NCBI GenBank assembly: GCA_001642005.1
Contig: LWCA01000297.1
Span: 1 to 33,063 of the forward strand
Direction: 5' to 3'
Source: Intoshia linei
Taxonomy: Eukaryota > Animalia > Orthonectida
DNA length: 33,063 nt
In this document: positions 11,173-23,700 of the stretch, piece by piece
Numbering within the stretch: the stretch's first letter is position 1
Layout of the letters: each line of letters opens with the position of its first letter
Position numbers and translations under genes: made by a program
Notes under the pieces: model-generated
Database searches by the model: none
The model's input: only the letters and a program-made list of their open reading frames with translations
What the model was told of the DNA's origin: nothing

Positions 11173-14100
11173 TTAATGTATAAATGCAAATGTATTGATA
11201 TTTGTTCTGTTACAATATTCTTTAAAATAAAACTCAGTTGGTTGAGTCTTTTTGATAAGTTTTGTTGACATTAAATTCCATTTCCCTTTACATGTGGAAT
11301 TGTAAACATGCCACACGTGAGCATCAGAAGAACGACAATTGCTATGATCCATTACCGGCCATTCACAAACTACACACCAAATATGTTTAGATATCAACGG
11401 ATTCACTTCATTTTTTTTTTTACAATTTAGAATTGACGGTGTTATTCGATAAATGTAATATCTAATTTTTTTAATATATTAATAATGTTTTAAATTTATT
11501 TTTATTAACCTTGTGTAGTTTTGATAATTTGATGGTGAATAATATTGATGTAAATTTTGGTTTATTCCAACAAATTTGTTTAAACTTCCATTTGTACGAG
11601 CTAATGAATAAATAGCTGGTATAATTACTGCTTCGTCTAAGATAATTAAATATTTTTATGTTCAGAAAATTTTAAAATAATTGACTCGTGCTTTATTTTT
11701 AAAAAAAACTACAAAACTTTTCTTAAATTTAACAAAAATATATATCTAGAAGATTATTTCGAGTATCGTGATAGGTCGCTGCGACGAGTCATTTCTCAAA
11801 TTAATTACAATTATGCAAATTAGTTTTTCTCCTTTTTCTATGACAAGTAGGCTTACACTCACGATGTTCATATTCTAATTTACAACCATTTATATAATTT
11901 CTGTCCAAATTAGACGCCTTATGCCACCTTCTTTGAGTTCCAACGGGTTTACAATGTGGCTTACACATAGACCAATTACTCCAATCATCATATATGCATT
12001 TTGAACCTAAATGAAAAATAATATATAATAACTAGGTTGACAGTTATGTACTATGTACAAACAGCACCTACCTCTACTGAGCGCTCATTTTTATTATACC
12101 AAAAAAATAAATTCACGTTGAAAATCTAACTTAAAAATCCACTATTCACTATTATCCATAAACAAGTGGTTCCCAAACTTGTTTCAGGTGGAACCATCAT
12201 ATGACATTACTCGAGTGAAAAATAAATTCACGTTGAAAATCTAATTTAAAAATCCTACTATTCACTATTATCAATCCTTTAAAGGAGTGGTTCCCAAACT
12301 TGTTTCAGGTGTAACCATCATATCACATTACTTTTTACTTTAAAGTAATTTATTCTATCTTAATTTTTTTATTGTTAACTTTTGCATAAAAATTGTCATA
12401 AATAGCATAAATTCCAGAAAAAATAAAATTATAAAAACCAATATTTCCAAAAGTTGTAATATATATAAAAATGATAATAACAAAGTTGTATTACTTTTAG
12501 TCTCGTTGTTGTTATATTTGAATTTATTTGTTAAATTTGGAATTTAAAAATTGCGTAGCAATGAAAAAAATTACAAAGAAATGAATTATATAAATTTTCA
12601 CCCTTATTTCTTTATTGGAAATGTGTAGAAATTCACTGCACATTTTTTTGACATTGTTGGATCAATATTTATATTTTCAATTTTAATCGAAATATTTGAA
12701 AAATATTGGTTAATAATATATTAAAAATTATTTTTCATCGGGAATGCGTAAATTTCTCGGGTTGAACTTTTGTATTTATATCAACTGGAATAAGCTCTAT
12801 CAGAATAATTTTTTTTTTAATTTTCTGACCATTAATTATTTCATATTTTTTGTTTTAATAAAAAAATACTCGAAAAAAAAAATATGAATACTAAAATGCT
12901 TTTTTGACCGTGAATTCGTCGCTTATTCGGATTGAAATTTTCTGTGTGTGTTAACAGGATACCACTGTATAACCTGTAATTTTTTTGAAATTCTAAATCT
13001 GTTTTCCTTAACAAAAAAAAGGTAATTTGGGGTTTTGGCCCTGAAGATATAATTTTTTTAAATCTATGATAATGTTTATGATTTTAAAATCCGTATCAGC
13101 ATATATATTTTTTTAAACTCTTCAACTCGTTTGATTTTCAAAAAGAAAGACAACTGCGGTTTTTGACCCGTAAGATATAAAATTAGGAGGTTGAAATTTA
13201 TCTTATTATACGTCCCAGAAAAAACTGTAATTGAAATATGGTCTTTATATAATTCTAAGACTGTTAGTTATTTCAATAAAGTGGTACACAATCACACAAA
13301 CAAAAATCGCGTAATATTTTATGTAGGTTAGAATAAATAAGTATTGTTAACCGATTTTTTTAATTTATTAGACAGAATGTGTGTATACTCTTAAAAATCA
13401 AGTAAAAACAGTACAATCCTAAAAATTGTCATAAATGGCATAAATTCCATACAAAATAAAATTGTTAATAAACCAGTATATTCAGTATCTGCTTTCGATG
13501 AATAAAAAATATCATTTTTTATATCAATAATTAACGGAATCAGCACTTTAGAAACATATATCACAAAAATGTAATTCACCGGGAAAATTACTTTTTTTGA
13601 AATTTACAATTTATGATGATATATCAATTTAAAAACCATTCCAAAATTTATGTTGTATAAAATTATAATACTTTCTCAATTTTTACAAAAAATGGGTAAT
13701 TTGAGATTTGGATTATGGTCAGTTTTTAGGATTGTACTGTTTTTACTTTATTTTTAAAATTATACACACATTCTATCTAATAAAGTTTTTCAATTTTTAG
13801 AATAATTGGGACTCCCTAGTTTACAGTGTAAACTTTACACCACTAAAAACAACAAAAAAGCAAAGTAATATTTTCGATTTTTTTTTTACAATAAAATGAC
13901 AAGAAACACATGTATATAACATCTTTAGTTTTTAAATTAAACTTAATCGATACTATGCATCATTAGATTACACCAATATTATAATTTTGCACATCATTAG
14001 CTAAAATCCGGAAAGGAAGTTAATTATATTAGTTAACATGTAAGTATATTGATTCAGCAGCTGAACCAGCATCGTTAAGTGATGCATGAGACTAATTTAA

Positions 14101-14695
14101 TCACGTCTTTGTCAATCTGTTTGTCTCGTATACACTATGAAATAGTGATCCTTAACTGGTCATTGAAATGTTATAGGGTCCGAGTAAATACAAAATTATA
14201 AACCTATGAGCGTGCCTGGAAGATGCTAGGTGATATATAATGGATTATACTATTCTTAATTGATATGTAATCTTATTGTATTATTTTAAAATAATATATT
14301 AAAATGTTCCATTCTAAATATAATACTAATCAGTGGTGTTAAAATAATAAAAATTTTACTTTAATTTTAAACCTCATAAATAAGTAAATGCATTATGCTA
14401 CATTTTGTATCTACAATGTAAATTTACCTATTAAACATTTATCATAATAATTGGAACAACAATCTTTAAGAATTACGCAGTCTTGATCACAGAAACAATA
14501 CCTTTGAAATTTTTTAACGTACATCGAAAGAGCACTAATATTGGTACGTATTTGAACCCGACAAGAAACATTTCGTCCAGGGCAACATGTTTCACAAAGC
14601 CCAGTCATATTTTTGTTTCTATTTCGATAAATAAAATTTCCCAAATCAGCATGAACAGGGTACAAAACTATCAGTACAAATACAAAAATATTCAT
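11173..14695 (-). CDS. SBSPON: Somatomedin-B and thrombospondin type-1 domain-containing secreted protein (SBSPON/RPE-spondin-like), ~293 aa, 4 exons
   Basis: Exons 14695-14428, 12006-11809, 11636-11510 and 11461-11173 (882 nt, phase-consistent). Signal peptide, SMB motif CC.GRN..C...CFCDQDC....DCC.NY...C, TSP1 motif CIYDDWSNWSMCKPHC..GTQRR, and a C-terminal domain with CVVCEWPVM..C..W....CKGKW...C..TFAFIH matching the SBSPON tail (CVDCQPPAM...CQGTW...SFIFI). Confidence 0.85.
12101..12331. repeat. Tandem duplication of ~118 bp, each copy carrying a hAT-like terminus
   Basis: AAAAATAAATTCACGTTGAAAATCTAA...AGTGGTTCCCAAACTTGTTTCAGGTG.AACCATCATAT.ACATTACT is present twice (~12101-12210 and ~12218-12331). 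Confidence 0.85.
12660..13335 (+). mobile_element. Dispersed repeat family A copy (non-autonomous, possibly Helitron/Helentron-like)
   Basis: Shares blocks such as ATTTGAAAAATATTGGTT..TTTTTCA.CGGGAATGCGTA.ATTTCTCGGGTTGAA, AAAAAAAGGTAATTTGG.GTTTTG and TTTTTGACCCGTAAGAT with 22.6-23.3 kb, and in reverse with 19.3-19.8 kb and 32.4-32.9 kb. The superfamily assignment is tentative. Confidence 0.7.
13364..13784. mobile_element. ~420-bp element bounded by ~70-bp imperfect inverted repeats, with family A sequence inside
   Basis: TTTATTAGACAGAATGTGTGTATA..AAAAACAGTACAATCCTAAAAATTG on the left pairs with CAGTTTTTAGGATTGTACTGTTTTT..TATACACACATTCTATCTAATAAA on the right. Confidence 0.7.
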
Positions 14696-15580
14696 GGTAA
14701 ATTGAATTCAAATAATATATTGTAAACTTGATTTAAATAAAATTGCGTAATTAACTAACTGAGTAATCAATACAAATAAACCAAATTGTATCAGAAATGC
14801 AGTATGATATTCCAACAAATGAAATTGTGTTGATGCAAAAATGAATGCGGAGCAATGCAAATTTTATACATTGATATTAAAATGTATTTTACAGCACTCA
14901 TTTAAGAAAATGTATATTTTTCAGCTTTTGTTTATTACATTAAAGAATTGAAAGAAATTGACATGAAGCGGGTTTTATGATCTCACACATGCTCGTGCAT
15001 TTGAAATACTTTACGTAGTTGATTTTATGGTTATTTACCAATAAATCAGCCCATTTTATATTTATGTACCTTTTATATACCGCAATTTTAAATCATCGAT
15101 AATTATCGATAAACCCTACAGCAATAATAATGGAATTTAATTACACTAATTTGATTGCATCCGTTATGCGCTCTGTGATTTATCAAAAATATACATAATG
15201 TATACAATCAATTATACATGTATAATTTTCAAATCATTTCATTTATCCCAATAGACCCTTTTATATATATTTAAAAGGTCATCATTTTTAGATTGACTTA
15301 AATTTTCGATAAATTATACAATTTATGCAAATTTTAAAATGAAAAGTTTTTGATGGTTTTAGATTGTTGTTTTCAAACATTTTTTATGTACAATACTGTA
15401 TTGGTAAACATAATAATCTAAATATATACTGTAATTTGAAACTTGAAATGTAGCCATATCTAACCTCAATGCCTTTATCAATTACTAAAGTTTCATGTTT
15501 ATAAAATTAAATGTTTTATCTACTAATTTCGACGATTTTATTTAAAACTAGATCAAAACATTCATCATTTTTCAAATAAT

Positions 15581-18500
15581 ATGTCGCTTCGATTTAGAAA
15601 AAATTTTTTAAATTTTCAAAATCCTGATATTGATACACAGTCCTATCGAAAATCCAAGATTATACATGTTTCTAAGAGTGTTACCAATAAAATTGATCAA
15701 ATCAACTCAAATTCTGTTAAATCGTGTTCAGGTATTTATTTTTCATATTATTCATTTAATCTAATAACGCACAGTCATAATGGCAAAAGTGACATGCGTG
15801 ATAATCACCTATCGCGTATTTTTTATTCGTCATCATTAACCCTTTCACTGTCTGTGTATTCTATACTATACATAGCAATTTCACTTCACACGTCTGTGTA
15901 TTCTATGATATACACAGCATAATTTTGAAAACTTTAATTTTTTTTTTTTCATACATTTTCACATAAGTAATTTAAAAATAATATTAAACAGTGAAAGGAT
16001 TTGAGATGTTATTTTACATAATAATTATTACGTTATAGGAATAATTATTCCACCATTAATTAATTAACAATATGACGTATTTTATTTGTAAAGATAACCA
16101 AATTAAAAAATAAAAAAAATTAAAAATTTTTTGATATACTTTTTATAGCTAATTAATTAGTATTCTCTCTAAAATTCATCAATTCCTTAGTTCACTAATT
16201 TTCCACAACCCTATTAAATGTATCAAAAAATTTTATTTTACAACAAAATAATCAAAATTTATTGAAAAATATTAAATACTTAAATATTATCGTTTTTTCT
16301 TAAAACTAAAAAAATTATAAAACTACTAGAAAAATAAACAAAAATATTTTCATACAATTCGATAAATTTTTTATAAAAAATAAAATTTACCTAGACCAGG
16401 GTGTCAAATATGCGACCGCTGGTCATTTGCCGTCCCCAATTGTGGAATGTGCGGCTGGCGTTATAATATAAATTTTTATTTTTATTACAAACTTTTTTCT
16501 AGGTCCTAAATCAGAGGTGAAAAGCATTTACTGTTCGAATAACGCACTAACGTCCAAAAAAAATTTAATCCATACAGCAGTGCTTTTCATGGGGGTGACT
16601 GGTCGTCCAAGGGGTGAATAATTTTATTAGGGGTGAATACGATAAGTTTTATAAGATTGGGGTAAATGATAAATTTTTAGCATATTTATTCAATTTAATA
16701 AAATCTTATAAGAAAAAACCAAAATATTACCAAACCTTAAAGACAAAATCCTTTTATCTGATACCAAAAGAAAAAACTTAATTTTATCAACCCTTAAAGA
16801 AAAAACCGCTTTTACTAATATTTTTCTCAAACATTAATATTTTTTGTAAAATAATATGTTAAATAAAATAATTTTAAATGAAAAATAATTCAAATTCATC
16901 AAAATCACACCAAATCGTCAATACAGCAGCACTTTACCCACCTTTGACCTAGATCCTTAAAATTTGATAAAACAGAAATTTAATAACACTTTATAAAAAT
17001 TTGGTCAAAAATGTTTTATAAAATCTACAATGTAGATTAATTAATTTTATAAAGTATCAAAAATTAAAATTTACCTAAAATATTTTCATAAAAACTACAT
17101 AGTCAAAATTTCGTGAGATAGTGTATTTTGTAAACTGTTGTAAAAAACCCCTATAATTTTTATAACGATTAAAATTTTGTAATAATTTACTCAAATCCAA
17201 TCATGTTGACCAAAATTTTCCCAAAAAATACTAAAATTATTTGGATTTTTCCTTTTAGGGTTGGTTAAACTGGATTTTTTCTTAAGGGTTAGTAAAATGG
17301 CAATTTTCTCTAAATGATTGGTCAAACTGGAAATTTCCCATAAGGGTTTGATAAATTTTAATTTTTAGTAAAAATGGTTGGATTTAAGTAGACACCCTTA
17401 AAAAGTAAAATAATTTCTATACAAGTTCTATATTTTGTATAATTAGTAATCATTAATTACTAATGAATTTAAAAATTTAGATGACTCTAAATGTGATGGA
17501 AAAATTGAAAATTCATCTAATAATAATGGTTCTAAATCAAATTCTCAAATATCAATTACTAAAAAATCAAAAGTCATCACTAATAATGTTGATGAAAAGA
17601 AAAACCTGAATAAAGACAAATTAAAACAAAATATAAATTTTTTAAAAAAATTTGGAAAAAATGAAAAATATAAAGTAATAATAAAAGATGATGAAAAAGA
17701 TCAAGTTTTAACTGAAAATACAGTCTGTACATTAAGTAATGATAACAAACCAAATTGTAATGAAATTGTGTACAAACAAGAAAAAAATTTTGACGACAAA
17801 CTGGAATTTTTTGAAAAAGATGAAATTGGCAAGGTAGATATAATTCTAAAACGTAAAAATAATTGTGATATAAAACAAGAAAAAATGACATATAATTTAT
17901 GCAATGATGAAATGAATGAAAAGAAAAATAAAATAATCAATCTCACTGAATCTATAAATGATGAAACAGAAATTAATCAAAGAAATACATTAAATACAAA
18001 AAGTCTTACGAGAATATCGCTAATAAAAAATAAAGAGGAAAATAAAAACGATAATGTCACAAAAGATGACGACAAAGAAACTCAAACAGATACATTAAAC
18101 GTATACCAAACTAATATAAATTCTTTAGAATCCAGCGATTTATTTGATACATATAATTCACCACTAGTAAATAGTCTACGTAAAGAATTGTTTCATCGTT
18201 CTAAACAATGTAGACAATTTAAAACAGTTTTAATCAAAAAAGATAAAAATTTGATTCAACACCAAGAAATAGTACATTTGGCTCAAATCATTTTTCGCGA
18301 AATACTTGAAAATGAAAACATTATAAATTTATTAAAATTTAACGATTTTGATGGTGAAAAAATCAACATAAATTCAATTACTGCGGATGAAAGTAATGCA
18401 AGTATAAAATGTGATTCAATCAATTTAGAATCTATTGATTTAAATAAAATGGAGTTATACTCATCAGAATATGGACAAGCTACATTTATGGAACCTTCAA

Positions 18501-20433
18501 TAAACATGGAAGATAGTGGTGTGTCTTTTGATACACACCAAGATGTCAAAAAGTTCAATATTGATTTGATGGATTTTAACAAGTCAAATAAAAACATAGA
18601 AAATACAAAATCAGAAACTTTTGCAAGCTTTGGTCAATATTCTCTGTCAGATCCTTCATCTTTATTAGACAATTTAGAAGTAAAATCATCATCAAAAACA
18701 TCTGACACTAATTTTTCAAATATTAATACATCAGTCTCAAAAATTTTTAATGATATTGATAGAATTTTAAAATTTAAACATTTTAACCAAGAGAAATTAA
18801 ATATTAATTTAAATTTACAGTTTTTTAAATTATTAGAAAATGACGTTTTTTCAGAATCAGAAAATATGTGCTATAAAGACATTGTTTGTATCAATATTTT
18901 TAATCTTTTTATTCAAAGTCACTATAAATTGGAACAATATCAGCAAAATATATTACAATATCAAGAAAATGTCAGTGAAATTACAAAAACCAATTCACGT
19001 CTTAAAATAAAAGTCCATGTTCTCAAAGAAAAGGTTATTATAATGATCCTTAGTTATATAAACTAGCTAGTTTTTGACCCGTAAGATTTAAGTTTCTAAA
19101 ATTGTAATTTATTTTACTTTCATCCTGGAACAAACTGTAATAGAAATTTTTTAATTTTTAGAATTTTTTAAATTATAAAACTCTTAGTTATTGAAATAAA
19201 CGATAAAAGATAGACAAACCAAGAATTTTATATAAGTTTAGATAGTATTAAAAATGTATGCCTCTTTATTTATTTATCTGTGTCTATTTGTTCCAATTTA
19301 TTTAAAAAAGTAAGAGGAGTAGAGTTTTAACAATTCGATAATTTTATTACAATTTTTCGAGGGTGATGTTTTATCGCAAATTTCATTTTCAGAAATTCAA
19401 TCCTTCAAAATCAAAAACTTCAATTATCCTTTTTTTTAATTCAAACTACTCCTATAATTACAAAAAATATACAATCTGATAAAGATTTTAACATCATCAA
19501 CATTATGATAAATTTCAATGTTTCCAAAACTTATATCTTTACGGTTAAACTTCTAAACACCCTTTTTTGTAAAAATAAAAAAAGTACTAAAATTGTATAC
19601 AACATAAATTCAGGAATAGGTTTAAAAATCATAAGCATAATAATAAATGGCAATGTCACAAAAGCGCATTTTCACATCAAAACCACAAATTACCCTTTTT
19701 TTAAAAAATTAAAATAGTCCTAGAATTTAAAAAAAAATTATTCTGATACAAATTAGTCCAGTTGATAAAGATGTAAAATTCAACCCAGAAATCTACGCAT
19801 TCTCAGTGAAAAATACATTTAATATAAATTGGAACCTCTTTGATAAATCAAAGTCGAGTTAATTAAAAACTAAGTTAAAATTTGTACAAATGCTTATTGT
19901 CAATTTTTTTCATAAACTTAGAAAGAGAATTTAAATATAATTATAATTTCATTTTAACAAATTTTAGAAATGGTTTTACATTTTTTAAAAATTCAAAAAA
20001 ACAACATAAAATATATTTTTAGTTAAAAATATTGCAAAACGAATTGAATGAAAAGGATAATGATATAAATATCAACACGGATAGATTAAACTACATTGAT
20101 ACACTATTAACAAAAAACCGAGAAATGAAAATCGACATGAAATTTACACAAGCAGAAATGATTGAACTGTACAGAAAATTAGATGAATACGAACAAGATA
20201 ATAATCAAATGGTATCATCAATGAAGAATCTTTTGGATATTTCTAATGAAATTGAAAAATATATTAAACCTGATATTTCTAAATGCAATCAAAACATTTC
20301 AGATTTAAATGATGTAAAATGCAATTTTATTAAAAAATATTTTTCAAAAATTGCATCGAGCGATAGCCCTACGCTAGCTCAAGAATTGGAAAAAAAATTT
20401 TCCAATATAAAATTAATGTTATCAAATAGTTAA
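15581..20433 (+). CDS. Uncharacterised ~704-aa N/K/S/E-rich protein with predicted C-terminal coiled coil, 3 exons
   Basis: Exons 15581-15731, 17481-19033 and 20023-20433 join in frame (2115 nt) with GT-AG sites. A stop-free stretch of more than 1.5 kb in DNA this AT-rich supports coding. The end of exon 2 and exon 3 are heptad-like and E/K/Q/L-rich. The first exon is less certain and no family was recognised. Confidence 0.7.
15840..15999. mobile_element. Degenerate piggyBac-like MITE
   Basis: TTAA (15836-15839) is followed by CCCTTTCACTGT, and the inverted ACAGTGAAAGG lies at 15988-15998. There is an internal ~43-bp duplication of GTCTGTGTATTCTAT. The right-hand TTAA target duplication is not intact. 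Confidence 0.5.
16396..16462. mobile_element. hAT-like MITE left-end fragment
   Basis: TAGAC|CAGGGTGTCAAATATGCGACCGCTGGTCA resembles hAT MITE ends of the CAGGGGTGTCAAA..GCGGCCCGCGGGCC type. Confidence 0.4.
17240..17398. repeat. Family B right arm (~30-bp units plus terminus)
   Basis: TTAGGGTTGGT.AAACTGGATTTTT units ending in GTAAAAATGGTTGGATTTAAGTAGACACCC. Oppositely oriented units occur at ~16720-16820. Confidence 0.75.
19068..19830. mobile_element. Family A segments in opposite orientations (a short forward end, then a long reverse copy)
   Basis: 19068-19245 matches 13160-13335 (TTTTTGACCCGTAAGAT...TAGTTATT..AATAAA). About 19270-19830 is the reverse complement of the 12.7-13.2 kb and 22.6-23.3 kb copies (CAAATTACCCTTTTTTTAAAAAAT, TTCAACCCAGAAATCTACGCATTC). 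Confidence 0.7.
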
Positions 20434-20720
20434 AACATGTATCAAACTTATATAACAAAATAAAAATATTAACAATAATAATTAATAATTATAATACTTG
20501 TGCAATCAAAAACCATTATATTGTATGTTATCAATTGATAAGTAATCCTTCAAAATCATGTAAAATTGCTCATTAATACATTTCATTATTAGTATATTTA
20601 AATTTTTTTTGAATATCATTTAAAAACAAGAAAGACATTTTGTTTAATTTTAGACGATATATAAACAATTTCAAATTAATAATTAATAATATTTTAATGG
20701 TATAAAATCAAAAATTATTA

Positions 20721-23700
20721 CTAATCCACATTCCAATCAATAATTGGTAAATTTTGAAGAGATAATAACTCATTCGTTTTCAAAAAATGTTGACAATTAA
20801 AAAAACCTCGATGTGCTGAAAGAGGAGAAGGGTGAACTGATTTTAACAGGTAATGATTTGTCTAATAAAATACATTAATCATAAATACCTGATATCATAT
20901 ATACAGATAGCGTGGAACAAAGCACACCCTCCTAAATTTACACTTTTTAATATAATTATTTTTGTGATATAAATAAAGCAAAAATTCATGTCTTTCATTC
21001 TAATGAAATTGTCATTTTTTCGTTTTTGATACAATTTGATAAAAGTATTCAAAATTATTCAAAATTAAATATAAAGCACAGTCATTGTAAAGTACTTTTT
21101 TAATAAAAATATCAAATGTTACAATTCTAGTACACTGTACTAAGTACAGTGATATCTCGTTTTCGTCATGTTTCGTTTCTGAAAATTTCGTTGATGGCAA
21201 TTAGTATATGTTAAATGTATAATAATTAAAAAGGGGTGTCTACTTAAACCCAACCATTTTTACTAAAAATCCACTTTTGCCAACATTAAAGAGAAAAATT
21301 CATTTTCATAAACCCTTAAGTGAAAATTTCAATTTTACCAACCCTTAATGGAAAAACCCACTTTTCCAATTTATTTAGAGAAATTCCACTTTTACTAACC
21401 CTTAAGGAAAAAACCCACTTTTACCAACTCTTTAGGAAAAAATCCAGTATTACCAACCCTTAGGGAAAAATTTAGGGTTGGTAAATTTTGATTTTCAGTA
21501 AAATTGGTTGGATTTAAGTAGACACCCCTTTTTAATTAATATACATTTAACATGTACTATAATTGAAACATTTGAAAATTATTATCTTACAAAATAAACA
21601 ACATCCTAATTGGAATAAAAATTACACAAACGAAATTATAACTAAATTATCAGAGAAACTGACGTTATAAAAGGATTAATAAAAAATAATGTTAAAAACT
21701 ATAAAAAAAAGAAAAGAGGAATTAGAATTGTCATATAATTTACATTATACGACAAACTAGATACTCAAAAATTTCTAAAAAGATGTGCTTTACATCAACG
21801 ACTACTGTATATCAAATAAATTACTAAATTCAAATTCTTTGTTTTTTTTTGAGCATACGCACCCCATAAAAGAAAAATTAATTTTCTTTTATTTGAAAAA
21901 TGATCAATCAAATTTCTCAAAATTTCATCAGTAAAAATTTCCCAACCTTTTCCAGCGTGTGAATTAGCTTTCGAAGCTTCAACTGTTAAAACAGCATTTA
22001 ACAGTAAAACACCTAAAATAAAAATATTTATATTAAAATTATCGCATTTACCTTGTTTAGCCCAATTGAGTAAATATCCATGTTTAGGCTTTTTAAAATT
22101 TGTAAAATCATTACCAATACATTTATACATATTTTTCAAACTAGGTGGAGGTTTTATACCCTTTTTTACACTAAAACAAAGGCCTATTTAATAATATTAA
22201 TGTTATAATAAAGTTTCCAATTTAATATCACCATGTGCTTGTCCTTTTCCGTGATACGGGTCTTGACCAATTATTACCACTTTAATCTAAATAAATACAT
22301 TAATGTTATTGGTTCAGTGTGAACTTAACATGTGTCACAATGTTTTTGTATATCTTTTTAAGAAGCTAAATAGTGAGAAATGTTTTGATTTTTTTATAAA
22401 AAATCTGTTTTCTCTACTAAATCAGGATTTCCCAACCTTTTCGAGGCTATCGCACTTCTTTATTAAATTTTTTATGGCCATTATGTTTTATTCGATTCTT
22501 TAATATAATCGACGAATTTAGAATTGAGTCAAGATAAAAAAATATTTAATTATTATCCCTTAGTTGTATAAAATTGAATGTTTTGTGTCCTTTTAATTTT
22601 AATCCTAAAATTTGAAAAATATTGGTTGATCATATATTAAAAGTAATTTTTCACCGAAAATGCGAGATTTCTGGAGTTGAAATTTTTTATTTATATAAAC
22701 TAGAATAAGATCTATCAGAATAATTTTTTTTTAATTGTAGGACCATTAATAATTTTAAATTGTTTGTTTTAATAAAATACTCTCAAAATAAAAAAAAATG
22801 AATATTAAAGTGGTTTTTTGACCGTGAAGGCGTCACTTCATCAGATTGAAATTTTTTATGTGTGTTTACTGCATACAACACTGCAATTTGGAAATATAAC
22901 GTTATCAGCTCTAATTTTTTTTAATTCTAGGACTATTTTTATTTTTTAAAAAAAGGGTAATTTGGAGTTTTGATCAGGAAAATATACTTTTTGGAGGTTA
23001 CCATTTATGATAATGCTTATGATTTTAAATCTATCCCAAATTTTATTGTTTTTCAAATTTTTGGGTTGATTTTGTTTTCAAAAAAAAATGATATTGTGTT
23101 TTTGACCTGAACGATTCAAAATCAAGAAATAAAACATAGATGTAGAAATACCCTGCGAAAAACTGTACCAGAAATTGGGTTTGTTTAAATGCTAGGACTA
23201 TTTTTATTTTTTTAAAAAAAGGGTAATTTGTGGTTTTGGTCATGAATGTATAATTTTTGAAATTTAAATATATGACAATGTTCATGATTGATAAATGAAT
23301 CATGATCAAATTTGCGCTAATATAAAAAAGGCTGCTAACCATGTTCTTAACCTGAGGCGTCAAACCGGTTTTTGGAGTGCCAACAAAATTTTTGAATAAA
23401 AATCATTTTACTGTACATTTTTTTAAATTGAACTAAGTGCTGCCAAGTGGAAAAAGGTTAAGAACCCATGTTCTAAAATCAACCCAAAATAAATTATTTA
23501 ATTATACTTATAAACAAAAATTACATCATTTATATCGCAGTACTGACTCCACGAAAATATCTCGGAAACTGGAGGATATATCGTTTTGGTTTGAGATTCT
23601 TTAGTCAAAAATAACGACAGCTACAATGTAAAAAAGAAAATATAAATGCATATAAATTGAAACATAGAAAATACTCATGACAATCAAAACCACCCGTGAC

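Noticed and set aside
16503-16620. Possible extra exon of the orphan gene after the TTTTCTAG acceptor
   Set aside because: It sits among transposon fragments, and exons 1 and 2 already join in phase without it.
21240-21480. Regularly spaced ~30-bp repeats as a possible CRISPR array
   Set aside because: The units are degenerate tandem copies without unique spacers, inside an inverted-repeat element in a eukaryotic intron, and there are no cas genes.
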